A stretch of 64,000 nucleotides of DNA from positions 12,028,001 through 12,092,000 of the forward strand of contig OX442314.1 in NCBI GenBank assembly GCA_949358305.1, read 5' to 3'. The notes under the pieces were generated by a model. It made no database searches, was not told the DNA's origin, and worked only from the letters and a program-made list of their open reading frames with translations. Within the stretch, counting starts at the first letter, position 1; every line of letters starts with the position of its first letter. The DNA comes from Strigamia acuminata (Eukaryota). Both the position numbers and the translations under genes were made by a program. This document shows, piece by piece, positions 13,250 to 26,312 of this stretch.

Positions 13250-13490
13250 GTTACCATCCAATTATGAGAAGTGGCTCTGTCCCGTTGTCGTGTCAGCATC
13301 TTACCAAATTCAATTATTTAATCCAATTATAAGATTTGGTTTAAACCGTTCAATCTGTCACGTCTTTGGCAAAGAAGTTTCAAGGCGTGCCGAGATCATT
13401 TGTATTAACGGCATTTGGTATACGTCTTTTTCCGTGATTTTGTTCAGCCATCGGAAGTCGATGCAAAGGTGGTAAATATCGTCAGGATAA
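13250..13490 (-). pseudogene. Degraded Ty3/Gypsy pol fragment (RT N-terminal motif, possible integrase piece)
   Basis: Translation YHLCIDFRWLNKITEKDVYQMPLI matches the Gypsy RT motif R.C.D(Y/F)R.LN..T..D.YP.P.I. The nearby DTTTGQSHFS*LDG resembles the integrase TTG.SPF.L.YG motif. Confidence 0.7.
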
Positions 13491-13623
13491 AGGTTTAAAC
13501 GATGGTGCTCTGATTTGGTTGTCAAAAAAGCGTAAGTTGGATTGATACGAGACGGTAAACAGTGAGTGAGCACAATTCTTAGCTAGATTAAGACGCTATA
13601 GTGTGGGCTGAAACATGCGTTGG

Positions 13624-14059
13624 TATACTCGAGTTGCACTCAAAAAGGCACCTCACAATGTGTACTCCCATTGGTCGAGCCAGTTTACTACTAACTCCAG
13701 ACTGTATACTACTACTAGGAGAAGTAGTTTTGATTTTTATTTATTGTTGTGATTGTTATGACTAGTTTAGTTAATGTTATTTTGATTTTATTTAATAAAA
13801 AATGTTATTTCCATCATTAAAATAAAGTTTCACACATTAAAAAATGTCAAACTCATGTTTGTTGTGTTTATTGATTACATCGTCTGGAAGTTTGAATTTT
13901 AGGCCGTTGCCTAGGCAATCGATTACAATGTCTGTACATTGTAATGCAATTTTGGTGTTTGGGTCTACTTTTCCGGATCACTACACCAGTAAACTGGCTC
14001 GACCAATGGGAGTACCGGTACTCATTGTGAGGTGCCTTTTTGAGTGCAACTCGAGTATA
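13624..14059. mobile_element. Short palindromic element split by a nested MITE
   Basis: Arms tatactcgagttgcactcaaaaaggcacctcacaatg (13624-13660) and cattgtgaggtgcctttttgagtgcaactcgagtata (14023-14059) are exact reverse complements. Confidence 0.75.
13665..14012. mobile_element. TA-flanked MITE, Tc1/mariner-like (family C)
   Basis: TIRs ctcccattggtcgagccagtttact / agtaaactggctcgaccaatgggag with TA on both sides. Relatives lie at 14462-14793 and 30477-30855. Confidence 0.8.
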
Positions 14060-14461
14060 GCTGCATTCGATAAATCATTTAGTGTAATAAAGTTATTTAT
14101 AAACTCCAAATTTTGAATATAAGTTTAGTGTGGTTTGCGGCAGGCACTTTTTCCTTATATTTTTACACTATATTTAGTGTAACGAAAAAGTTAACAATAA
14201 ACTAGGTTGCGGGTGAATTTATTTCTTATAGTTATAAAATTATCTTTACGTTAAACATGTCACGTGATCATCGAAACTCTAGTAGTCTCTTGAAAAGAAT
14301 TAGAGACAATTCTTGTATTTTACTGCTTCAAAACAAGTATTACAATTTTTTGTATTAATCTTGAAAGTAAAATGAATGTCCCCTGACATAAAATCCTCAG
14401 TCGTAGTCTCTATAATGTTCGAATTCCCTAGGCATTGTGCCTATATTCTAAGTTGGCCTAA

Positions 14462-14793
14462 CTCCCATTGGTTGAGCCATTTTACACGTGTGGTGATACA
14501 TAAAAGTAGGCCAGAACACCAGAATTGTTCTTGGTAAAACAACCAATAAAAATTCATAAACTGTTTGCTTTTCTGGCAAAGCAACCGATAAACTAAACAG
14601 AAATATTTGTGGAAATGAAAACAATATAAAAGTCTATCTTGCAAATGAAATATACATTATGTTGTAAAATCCAAAAAAATTACATCATTCTAATAATTAC
14701 AATACTCAAAACAATTAAAAGCAAACAAAACTACTTTTCCTTGCAGTAGTGCAATGTCTCTAACTAGGGGTAATAAGGCTCGACCAATGGGAG
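14462..14793. mobile_element. MITE family C, second copy (inverted)
   Basis: ctcccattggttgagcc ... ggctcgaccaatgggag, with the internal aaaactacttttcc...gtagtg block shared with 30770-30800. Confidence 0.7.
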
Positions 14794-16361
14794 TGTAGTT
14801 GGCTTTATGGATAAGGTGGCCCTGCATGCACATCATTTAAACAGGAAAACATGTTTAACTTTAACTTTTTAAATAGATTTTAAACAAGTTTTATTGTTCG
14901 AAAGCCGGTAATATGCATTTAGACTGGTTTAAAGAGGATGACCAAACTAAGGCTTTATAAATGTTATAGTTTTCCATTACCTAGTTTTAGCAATAGTTTT
15001 GTTTTTAAATTAAGTTTCGAAATAAGCAATTTACTTTAGATTTGTAACTAAAAAATGGAAAAGATATAGCAAATGCAACTCTTTTAAATCCCCAAAGCGC
15101 TTTCGGCTTTTCACGAACTGAATGAGTTTATTTTACAAAGAATGTTTGTTTGCCCGAAAGATGCGCGTAGAGGTAACCCATTTATGTATGAAACAATTCT
15201 GTGTATACAGATGTACGGGAAAAATAACTTTTTTCTTGTTGAAATAGTTGTAGCACATACTAAACTAATCTCCAAATTTGTTTAATCACTTTAAGATTTA
15301 ATGTTTAAAAAATATAAACAAGTTCAAATGACTGCATTTGAAAAGTTTAAAATTGCATTAAAGTTTTGTTTTGTTGTCTAAATGACATTTCAAATGCTGC
15401 TACTGTTTAAAGTTTAATCTAGAATCCAGTTTTTCTTTTCTTGTTGCTGATGTCGTTTATTTTTTAATATAATCGCTTCAAAATAATGGCCGCCATTTCC
15501 ACAGCACTTCAAAACATCGATTGCCATTCACTGTTTGTTTTATCAAGTGATTGAGAATTGTTTTCATCAAGTATACAAGCATACAAAGGTACATATTTGT
15601 GTGATCAATCATCTTAAGTGATTTAAATGATCCAAAAATTGGAATTTCATATGTGAGGTATAAAACAGATTCTGAAAAGTGATACACTGTGGCTAAATAA
15701 TAACTAATCTGCAAAAATTAACAGTCAGGAACTTGATAACTGCTAGAAAACCGTCAGGAAAAATCTCGTGAATATCAAAATCGGTCTTGGAATAACATAA
15801 AAATCGATTGCGCACAAAACTTTATTTAACACTAAATTCCCTGCTGCATAAAGGATCAAAAGCCTCAATTGATCACTTCCGGAATGTTTACTGGACGTTT
15901 CAAATGGATAATTACAGATAAAATTCAATTAACATTTTAAACGCTACAATTTACTACGGTATACATCTAGGTAGTCCAAATAAAACCGGCCCGACAATAC
16001 CGTGAGGGTTACTAAGGGTGTCTAAAAAAATTGTATACATTGTTCAATTAAATACATATTATTCATTAGGTGTGGGCAGTGATGTTTAATTAACGTTTCT
16101 GGTGCAGTTTTTTCCGTTCTTTGGTTTGGTGTTCAGTTTTTGACAATCCGAGCTTTCGTTCTCGAGATATTTGCGTTTTTAATCAATTTTTGTCCCAATT
16201 CGTCAAGTTTGATTGCACTAGTCATTCCTCAATTTTAGATTTTGTGGTACTTTTGTGGATTTCTTTAGCCGTAGATGGTACTTTTCAAGAAGTACCGCAT
16301 CTCCTGGTAGTGGTACTGTACCTGTACCACTTTTTTGGTATTATACTAGTTTACTTTAGGT

Positions 16362-16754
16362 AAAATCTCACAAAATGTAGCAAAAATCTCACAAAATGTA
16401 GTAAAAATCTCACAAAATGCAGCAAAAATCTCACAAAATGTAGCAAAAATCTCACAAAATGTAGCAAAAATCTCACAATGTAGCAAAAATCTCACAAAAT
16501 GTAGCAAAAATCTCACAAAATGTAGCAAAAATCTCACAAAATGTAGCAAAAATCTCACAAAATGTAGCAAAAATCTCACAAAATGTAGCAAAAATCTCAC
16601 AAAATGTAGCAAAAATCTCACAAAATGTAGCAAAAATCTTACAAAATTTAGCAAAAATCTTACAAAATTTAGCAAAAATTTCACAAAATGTAGCAAAAAT
16701 CTCACAAAATTTAGCAAAAATTTCACAAAATGTAGCAAAAATTTCACAAAATGC
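16362..16754. repeat. 21-bp minisatellite, about 18-19 copies
   Basis: Unit aaaatctcacaaaatgtagca. It generates the spurious (FLLHFVR)n ORF 16346-16771. Confidence 0.95.
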
Positions 16755-17836
16755 AATGCTTTAGATTGCATTGGACACTACTAGTATACGTACACAAACA
16801 AGATGGGCGGGTAGTCTTAAAACGTGTTACAGGTGCCTAGTCCTGGGTTTAGACTGAAGTCTTACATGCATGGGTCGGAATGTCTACTAAGGGGTTTATT
16901 TGTTTTCCTTTTGTTAGATTTTCTAACCATTAATGTCATTAGTGACTCTCCTACACACGAACTTTAGAGATACGAACATCAAATTTTGTGGCAGCACATA
17001 AGTTAGTTCGCGTGTCTAGCACCATACGCCAGCTGTTGCACTTTTCAAAGTAAGATAAAAAATTTTGTTTAATATGTAGACTTACCTTTAATATCTAAAA
17101 AAAAAAACATGATTAAAAGTGTTTTCTTTAATTGGGATTAACAATTTTACACTACAATTTCAAATACAAACTTCTTGTCCAAATTTTACATAATCTGTAC
17201 TCATTTTTGGTGCTTGGTTGTAGTCATTTCATTTCTGTGGAAGCGAAAGATGAGTATCCAGAAAATCAAAGGAAATGACAACGACTGTCTCATTCTTATC
17301 GGGGTCTCCGGTTTTATTGAGCAAGAATTGCCGTCATGCATGAGAAATGAAATTATTTAATTCTCCTATTCGGAACTTGTTTCTCCGAAATTAAAAGTGT
17401 AAATGATCCTTTTCTATTACTTTCCAACTTAATTTATTTCCTTTGTTTAATGCTTCCATTTTTTTTTCTTTTGCTATTTTACGGCGCTATTTTTTTTTCT
17501 TTTTTTTACGTATGAGTTGCTGCTGTTGCTACTACGGGGATTAGACGAGTTTGTAAAAATGCAGGCCAATAAAGCTGGCCTTTACGTGACCTATTTGAGC
17601 TTTTTACACAAAAAGCAAGCGGCGAGTTGAGCCTCAATTTAGTTAAGATGTCACAGCTGTGAGTGAGAGGTGGAGCGTGGATGCAAATAGGCCTAATTAT
17701 ACTTTGTGCTTGTTTTTCAAGTAGGTGACACTTTGTTTAGTCGTTCAAATGATGTAATATTTGGCTCGTGCTACTATTAATTACATGACATTATATTTGT
17801 AATTTTAGGGGTTTTTTTTCTTTACATTTTTATAAC

Positions 17837-18860
17837 TAGGGCCCGGATAAATGCATAAATGCATAGGAATTATTTTTATTCAATAAGCTAAAATTGGCTA
17901 TAAATGCATATTTTCTAAAAATGAGAAAATAAATGCATAAATTGCCATTTTTCCGGGAAAAATCGGCGATTTGTGTCTTTTTTTTAATGATACGTAACAT
18001 GTACGTATCAATTTTTGCGTTTTTCTAAGACACGTATCGTGTACGTATGCTTGCGTTCGGAAAACTGAGGACTTCGCCAAAAGTAGACACCAGGGGAAGT
18101 CACTAAATTAGTGTCTGGAAAAAGTTTTAAGAAAGAAGAAAATAAAAACAAGTAAACATCTGTAATGCAGGGAAGCATTACATATTAGACTTCTAAAGCC
18201 TGTCCCTCTGTCCGATTTAAATTCTCTGGAAATATCTTTAATTTCAAGTTTTTTTTCTAAAGAATTTATATGGAAATTATAGATGTCTCCAGTGAATTTC
18301 TGGGGAAATATCTGTAATTTCCTCAGAAATAACATAGAAATTTCCAGAGATTTTCTCTGAAAATGACCATGTGTTTAATTTTTTTTTTTAATTTTTTTTT
18401 TATTTATTTATTTTTTTTTTTTTATATAATTTCTCGTTTCCCGGGATTTAACTGCAAATGCGCGATGTAGAGGTCACGCAGAAAGTCCGTCTGTCCCAAG
18501 TCTAAGCCGTATATTCCATGAAAATAACGGAAATGACGTCATCATGACGTCATTACCGTAATTTTCATGGAATAGACGGCTAAAAGTGCACTAAAACCGG
18601 TTTATTAATTCAACCGGAGGTCGGAGAAATCTGAAAATACCTTAGGATACTAATAGGGGTATGCTGAATTTAATGCCGTTGTCCGTTTGGCTCTAGCTGC
18701 GGTAGTTTTTGCGGAATCGTTGACGACAGACGGACAAACGGACGGACGGACAGACATGGTCGTTTCATGAGACTTTCTAAACATAGAGTTTAGAAGTCTA
18801 AAATAGAAAAAAAAATAGAAAAAAATGAATTGTAATTGCTAATTACAATTTATTTACATC
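17837..18860. mobile_element. hAT-like MITE (family of 56409-56924) interrupted by a HINE
   Basis: Starts tagggcccggataaatgcataaatgc. 17837-18135 and 18804-18860 are reverse-complement matches to adjacent parts of 56555-56924. Confidence 0.75.
18146..18803 (-). mobile_element. DINE-1/HINE-like element, second copy
   Basis: Same terminal hairpin and sub-TIRs (tagacttctaaa / tttagaagtcta) and (ggac/agac)n microsatellite as 1539-1976. Inserted in an A/T tract with no clear TSD. Confidence 0.75.
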
Positions 18861-19929
18861 ATTTATTTGTTGTTCACTTTTTGTTGAACACACTTACAAG
18901 TACTTAACACTACAAAAATGGCTTTCGAAGTCGTGGTGAAATTTTGATCACTTTCCGCTTTGTAATGAAATTAGGACAAAGTCAGTTCTTCTTCGAATCA
19001 GTTCAGTTTTAGTTTAGTTCAGATTCGGTTTATTGCAAAACAGACCCGAATTCAAGATAACCATACTCCTCCCACAGGATTAAATGCAAGTTGTGTCAAG
19101 TGTAGTTTGCCAGCAATACACTGTAGATTTCGGTGGGTTTCTGTAGGATTTTGGATTGTTTGCTGGGATGGAAGTTTGAGGTTTTCTGAGTGATTTTATT
19201 GGACTAGTAGAGGATTTGTGGCATTTTTTTAATGAGTTTATTAGATTTCCATCGGTTTGTGGTTAGGTTTAAAGGATTGTTAATGGATTTATAGAATTAT
19301 TAGTGGGTTATTTATTTTTTTATTCGTTGGATTTTAATATTTGTTTTAGAAATTCTCAAGGAATTAATAATAGTTTAACCGATTTGGTCTCCGAACGTCA
19401 TAAAATCGACTTGTTTTTAAAATCCACAAAAATTGCAATAAAACGACGGTAATTTTACATTTTTAGTGCAAATAAAACCATTGAATTTTGCATTTCCCCA
19501 AAGTACATAATCAATACACCTTAAGTCTATTGTAATATTTTGATGAAATTCAAATTTAAAAATATATACATACATACAAAAAAAATTTTTAAAAAAATTA
19601 CAAGTGTTAAAAAAAATTCCAAAAAAAAAATTAAATGAAAAAAGAAAAATAAAATCGAAAACATAACAAAAATGTCTATTATTAAATAATCTCCGAATAA
19701 CCAAACATCAACAACGCAACCACATATTAATTACATTCACCGACTCAAACCGAACGAGAAAAATACGCTAATAATAGCAAAAATCAAAATATAAATAAAT
19801 TAAAAAAAATAATAAACAATTTTTCGAAAAATCGACTTTAAGATAAATAAAAAAAGAGAAAGAAAAATCCAATAACGCAAAATTGTTGTCCAACCAAGAA
19901 CAAGTTGACGGTTTTGTTTCACATGTGGT

Positions 19930-20653
19930 CTTCCTTTCCCTACCCATCTCCATTCCTCCATTCACAAGGCGGTCCAACTCGCGCTATTGCATCGACCTCT
20001 AAGTATGGCTGCTCTGTTCCACGCTCCTCTTTCTCCCTCTTTCTTCATCCATCCACCCTCACTCGCACTTGTGCCGCCCGGCCTTGGCTCGGCGCCAACT
20101 GAAGCTAGTTTTGGCAACCAACCATTCGCAGCTTCCCCAGCTGAGCTTCGTTTGATAGAGGAGAAGCGAAGGAAGCGAACTGAGCACAGCAGAGCAGCAA
20201 CTCTTTTGAATTTCATTTGTTTTCTCTCACCCTCCGAATGAATCTCATTCATCGAACTCCCAAACAAAATAATCACTTAAAACCCAAACCAAAATTATTT
20301 CAACCATTTTTTATTGACGAAATCAATTAAAAACGAGCTAATTTAATTCTTTTTATTGTTATTCTCCGATACAATAGGCGAGAAAGAGAAAGAATATTGG
20401 AATGAATGGCGAAAACGATTTTACTAACCCTCGCATCAATGGCATGAGCCCACCTCGGTGCCTACAATCGCCTTTCGAAACCCACGGCTGCCGTCGGTGA
20501 CGTCAACGCCTCGCGCCGGCGCAAACGGCGACGGCGAGCATCAGTCGTTGGATCTCACTTGTCGACGGTCGGCGGCCGTTCCATGCCGGCTTCTGTTTCT
20601 TGGATTAACCGGTGCTCACAGCCGCGATGCTACTTTTTCTCGATCGCGCTAAG
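19930..20653 (+). promoter_or_regulatory. Candidate promoter and first exon of an unidentified host gene
   Basis: CT-rich and CpG-rich island ending at a consensus donor aag|gtaagt (20653/20654). A possible ATG at 20583 gives MPASVSWINRCSQPRCYFFSIAL-, with short upstream ORFs. No homology recognised. Confidence 0.4.
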
Positions 20654-23258
20654 GTAAGTCGTTTTCCGACGCGGTTAGGTAAACGGGTCCAACTAGGGGG
20701 CGCTGGACGGGATGAAAGAAAAATAAAAAAAATATATAGAAGATGCGGGCTCCCCGTCGGTGCGCCCACAGCAGGAGCCACCAATTGAACGAGACGACTA
20801 AGCGGCGGCAAGGGAATCTGGATGAAATGCTTCTCGTAGTTTGCCCGGCTTCGTGCTCGTGTTTCGTGCTCGTGCTCGTCGCGTCTCGTTTCGGGATGTA
20901 TAATGGGTTTCTGGGTGATGGGGGGGTCTTGGGGGTACCCTTGGGATGATTTTTGGTCGTGGATCTAGTGCTTTTCGAACGTTAATTTGAATTTTTGTTT
21001 ATTTTTCGTTGCATTTGTGTTTGGTGTTAAAGGTGAGTTTCCGCTCGGGTTCAATGTTTGTGAAGCTCCTCCTCATGCGTGTAGAGGTTGGCTTGCCGGC
21101 AAGGCTGACTGTGTTGGTGTAATTTTTGGCTGTTTTCATTGAAGAGTGAGTTTCGTCGGTTTATTGAGTGTGTGCGCGGAGTCTTGTTTGAGATAAGGGA
21201 TGGATAGCGGTCTCTCGATTTAAATCGATCTAACTAGTGGAATTGTGTTGCAAAGGGAGATGATTTTTTTTTTTTTGGTTATTTTTGGTTGGTGGGGGTT
21301 TTAATTAGTGAAAAAAATTTATATGGGGCATGTATGGGAATGGGTTTTAATTTTTATCTTTTTAGTACCGGTGGATTTTTAATTAGTTAGAAATGTAATG
21401 TTGTTTAAATTGGGGGCGTTTGGAATGGTTAATTGTGTACGGTTTATTAAGTCTGTGGTTTTTTTTTTTTTTGGAATTTTTAATTTTTTAAAAAAATATT
21501 TAAAAAATATTAAAATTGATAATTAATTTTTTTTTAAAAGGGGATTTTAATCAATGGATTTTTTTTAATTCGCGGTTAAATATTAAATCGATTTAATAAT
21601 TCACCTTGTTATTATTTCTGCGCGCCTGTGATGAAACAAAATACTCCATTCACGAGAGCATCATCTCCATCATCTCCACGTAAATCGATTAGGAAAATAT
21701 TTTTCCTCATTGCATTTATCGACGAAGAATAAAAAAATAATAATAAAAATAAAAAAAAAATAAAAAATTATTATTATTATTATTTTTTTTTTTTATTAAA
21801 ATGAAATTATTCGACACTTTGCAATGAGTGTCGCACTATATCATCCATTTAAACCCGAAAAAACTGGCTTGATTGCACTTGATTTAGCCCGCCGTAATGC
21901 CGAGCGAATGTGATTGTCGCTGTCAACATTCTTGGCGTTTCTAAAGTATTTTCCTCGTTCTCAATCTAAATGAACGTCTGCCTGCTCTCGACTCGACCTT
22001 CGGCCTCTTCGCTGTGTTTGGCATTCTCTTGGGTTATAAGTCGAAGCAGCGCTCAATTAATCCTTATGTGTGCCTTGTGCAGTATTTCCAGTTGACCACT
22101 CCTTATGCCCACACGTGCCACGGATCCTCGAGGGCTTTGCTGCAAAGAATAAGCAAAGGACGTCGTCGTCTTTTTCCTCTCTTATTTTATTTTTATATTT
22201 TATTTCGGACGCGTTGTGTCTAGTTGGCATTCCGCGTTCGGGCGGTCCACAATCGCTGGAATCAATAAGCTGCCAATCAGTGTTCGGAGAGTTGGTTTTT
22301 CAGCCACCCTTTTCCCCTCGCCTGCAACGAGGATCCGGAGAGACTCGCGTCTACTGGCGAGGAAATGCTGGCGCCATATTTTATTAGCGGCAAACGGTCA
22401 ACCGTTGGAGAAATATTTGCACTTTACACGACCGTGCTCGCGAATTTCGCAAATGGATTTGGACGGGAGGGAAAGAAAGGAAAGAATTGCTCAGAATGGA
22501 ATTAAGAAGCGACTTGCTAGAACCGGTCTTGTTTCTTTTATTTCACTTTGAATTTAACAAACTGCGACGGGATATGAAACATGTCTCCTCTCTCTCTTCT
22601 TTCTCGCTCACTTTTTCTATTCTTTCTCTTTATTTTTTTTTATTTTGGGTTTTTTTTTTTTTAATTTTTTTTTTTTTTGGTTATGTGGTTTTTGATAACT
22701 CTGAATGAAACCACTTGTAAGTTGTAACATTTAAAGTTAATAGGATTTTCTGCAAATTTTTCAGTTTTTTTGGATTTTTTTTGGATTTTTTTTTTAAATT
22801 ATTTTTTTGGTGGTTGGATTATGCAAATTACGGTGTTAAGTCGAGGTATGGCGTGAAGAAATTGTAGATAATTTTAATGATTTTGTGAAGTTAAAAATTT
22901 ATAAGCGTTTTTTTTTTATTATTATTTTTTTTTAAGTGGATAGGTGATTTTTATGAGTTTATTCTCTCTCTTTCTCTCTCTCTCCCGGTGTGGGGTGTTG
23001 TATTTTAGCGTTTTTGTCGGTTTTTATGCGGTTTATAATAGGAAATTGACAACTAATTTTTCAATAGACTTTCCGCTATTGCTTAGAAATGATTTTAAAA
23101 AATATGTTGACAAACTGACAGTGATTGATGCCATTTTTATTTATTAATTGTATCTGAAAAAAAATCATCCAAAAGCCATAAATGCTCTCATAGAACGCCC
23201 GCGCTGTATTGGCAAAACCTACGCGCACGAAATAATAATTAAAATAGATTTCATTCAC

Positions 23259-23343
23259 AAAAAGTCGATTTTTGCACATAAACAGTCGATTTTTGCACAT
23301 AAACAGTCGATTTTTGCACATAAAAAGTCGATTTTTGCATATA
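23259..23343. repeat. 21-bp minisatellite, about 4 copies, probably inside a degenerate MITE (about 23183-23449)
   Basis: Unit aaacagtcgatttttgcacat. The flanks tgctctcatagaacgc and gcgctcaacgagagta are imperfect inverted repeats. Confidence 0.75.
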
Positions 23344-24607
23344 AATAGTGCATTTTTCACCCTAAAAAATAAAAATGCATTTTTGCACTTTCCAGCCGCG
23401 TTGTGTGCAGGATACCGCGTTCAATTAGCATCCCGCGCTCAACGAGAGTAATTATTTCTTTTAACCAGCAATAACGAGGCTTAAAGTGCTAATTTGTGGT
23501 TTATGGTAAATAAAGTGCGCTGTTTACTTCGGATTTCAGTGTATAATTGAATTTTAACATTTTTGAGCAATTTAATCAGGTGCAGCTTTTTTCCCCCCGT
23601 TCATTTTATGTATTCAATTAAGTCGTCCCGGTCGTATCTCCACTTTAAATCGAAATTATAAACACGACTGAAAATGTTTTGACATCGGACGGAAAGCAAA
23701 ATGTGCGGCCTAGCAGACTAGAAAATTATTTCATTCATATATTAGCTTTTACGATACACCCGTTTGTTTACATCTCGTTTCTGATCGAAACCCGAAATGA
23801 CCTGCTCGTTTCAAGCCGAAGGAAACGCCACTCAAACTCCTCTTTTGTATAATACTTTTCCTCCATCAACAACTTTACAACTTCCTTTCTTGTGTGCTGC
23901 AACGACGCTACTGCAGGGCACTTCACATTTCACAGCCTGCTAACAAGCCGTTCGTTTCATCCAGTCTATCATTAGAGAAAACAGAAGGAAAAAAATAATT
24001 TTAAAAATCGAACGCCTTCGCCGCAATTTCGATATTTTCACAGTTCCGGTTCATGGAAACCGCATTCCGGGTTTCGCATGACTAATTCGATTGCAACGTC
24101 ACTAAATATTTGCAAAACGACGCTTGATTCTAAGCTGAAGTGTCATTACCAAAGCAAACTCGCCATCCGACCAAAATGAGTTGACTGACGCGTGCGGACG
24201 CGTGGCACGCTGCCAACGGATCAACAACAAAATCCAGTCTGGCGTTCTTCCTTTATTTCTTTATTTTTATATTTTTTGACCAATCGAGGCGTCTTCGCGC
24301 GGTTCCTTGGACGCCGGAACGGATTACCACCAGCGATTTTCCTTAATCTCGGCTAGCTTTGAACTTGCCACCTTTTATACATTATTTATACTGAATTATT
24401 GGTTTTTTCCACCGCAAAAAAATTCGTTTTTTTTTTTTTAAAGTCAGTTTTTTTTTATCTTTTTTTTTTGGTAATTGGTGCTGACCAAACTTAATGGGTC
24501 TTGAAATTGAAACATTGTGCTTGGAATGAGCAACGTTTTATTTCAACAAATCCGGTTTACCAGTAGCGACAGTTTTGTTTATTTTTTCCCCGACTTCTCG
24601 AGTGTTT

Positions 24608-25179
24608 TAGTACTCATAAGCAGTTTCCTACGTAGGAAACCAGTCTGCTCACAGAAATTTTGCCTACAGAAAAAACTGGAACTCAGAAATTTTATTCCAG
24701 TCTTGGAATGTCTGCGAGATATGTTCTGTGACATAAAAAATGAACTTTCGGGCATGTCGATGCAACGGAAAGCTGATCTTCGTTTCCAGGCATCGAAAGT
24801 AGCGACCAGTTGTTATTTTTTTTAAGCGGTCTCAAGTATGGCTGTAATCAGCTCTGCCAACAAATACAAACAACTGTATATTCTATTTATAAAAGTAGAT
24901 TATTAGTTTATAAATAAAATTAAAAATTAAAAACAAACTAGCAAACTTATTCACCTTAACTCCAAAAGTAGCCTTAAAAATTTTTATTGGCATCCATCTT
25001 GTTTCTTTTTCTTGGCCATTCACCATTTCTTTTCTGTGAGTACCACAAAAAGTCTTGTGTGACAGACTGGCACATGTTCTGCTACCAGATGATTCTGGTA
25101 GGCTTTTCTGTCAAGTCTATACACACAGAAAAGTCTGTTGGCATACACTTCTGTTAGCAGATGATCTTCTGAGTACCTA
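24608..25179. mobile_element. Putative MITE with GTACTCA termini
   Basis: tagtactcataag ... cttctgagtaccta. The same terminal motif bounds 33773-34002. Confidence 0.4.
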
Positions 25180-26009
25180 AGGTCCATTCAGAGTTGCTAT
25201 TTTTACCATAAAACAGCCAAAAACCACAGAAACTCAAAGTTTGAATGCACTTATTGTTTTCTCTGCATTTGTAGTTGACATTAAGAATTTTTTCCTCTTT
25301 TTTATTTTTGGTTAGTAATTTAATTTTGTTTTTCTTTTTTGTGCTTGTTTGAGCAAAATTGGAGTCACTTGAGAACTCTTATGGAAATGGTTGACTAGAC
25401 TGTTTACCCGCACATTTCATTCAAGTAGAATCGGAAGTGGATGAAAGCCGAGCTTGCCCACTTGAAAATCTGATTCCTGTCGAATTAATGCGGAATTAAT
25501 CTACCCCCTGCTACTGCATTTATTTTTACGTCAAAATGACAGTCAGTCAGTCGTTTTAATCTAATTTGGGCAGTGCCGTAGCAATAAGTCAAGGGGCTTT
25601 TTAGCAAAGCTAACTTGGCAAGATATGCGCGAATGTGTAGAAATTTTAGTGGAAAATTAACCGCAAAACTTATCATGTTCAAAAATTTCCAAAATTTTCA
25701 ATGTGCTGATAATTGCTAATGACAACACCCGAATGGCAAGTGGGAGTTCCTAGGTCTTAATTATATTACATCCTTACAACTCCTCTAGTTACCGTTGGGA
25801 CTTTGCTGGTTATTAGGCATTTTTTTATTTTGTTGTGTTTTTGTCGATATTTTCAGGAATTAGAAAAAAACACTTTTTTTTCCATGGGTTTCTTAGGCTC
25901 GTGGGCTCATTCAACCACATGCGCTGCACTTACGAATGCTATATCACTGGTTTTTGTTAGTTAAAATCGATCTTTATCTACTGTAGCATTATTTTGACAG
26001 AAAAAGAAA

Positions 26010-26312
26010 GTAGATTTTGATTTTTTTGGCTTAAAAATCAGCAGATTTTGATTTTCGGCGTAAAAAATCAACAATTTTGATTTTTGGCTCAAAAATAAAT
26101 TTTTTTTGATTATTTGGCTTAAAAACCAGCAAGATTTGATTTTTTGGCTTAAAATTCAGCAAATTTTGATGTTTTATATCATAAATCAGCAAATTTTGAT
26201 GTTTCATATCAAAAATCAGCAAAATTTGATGTTTTATATCAAAAATCAGCAAATTTTGATGTTTTATATAAAAAAAAATCAGCAGATTTTGTTGTTTTAT
26301 AACAAAAATCAG
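26010..26312. repeat. Degenerate minisatellite of about 30 bp
   Basis: Unit approximately aaaaatcagcaaattttgatgttttatatc, about 10 copies. Confidence 0.85.

Noticed and set aside
16346..16771. 141-aa ORF with FLLHFVR repeats
   Set aside because: It is the translation of a 21-bp minisatellite.
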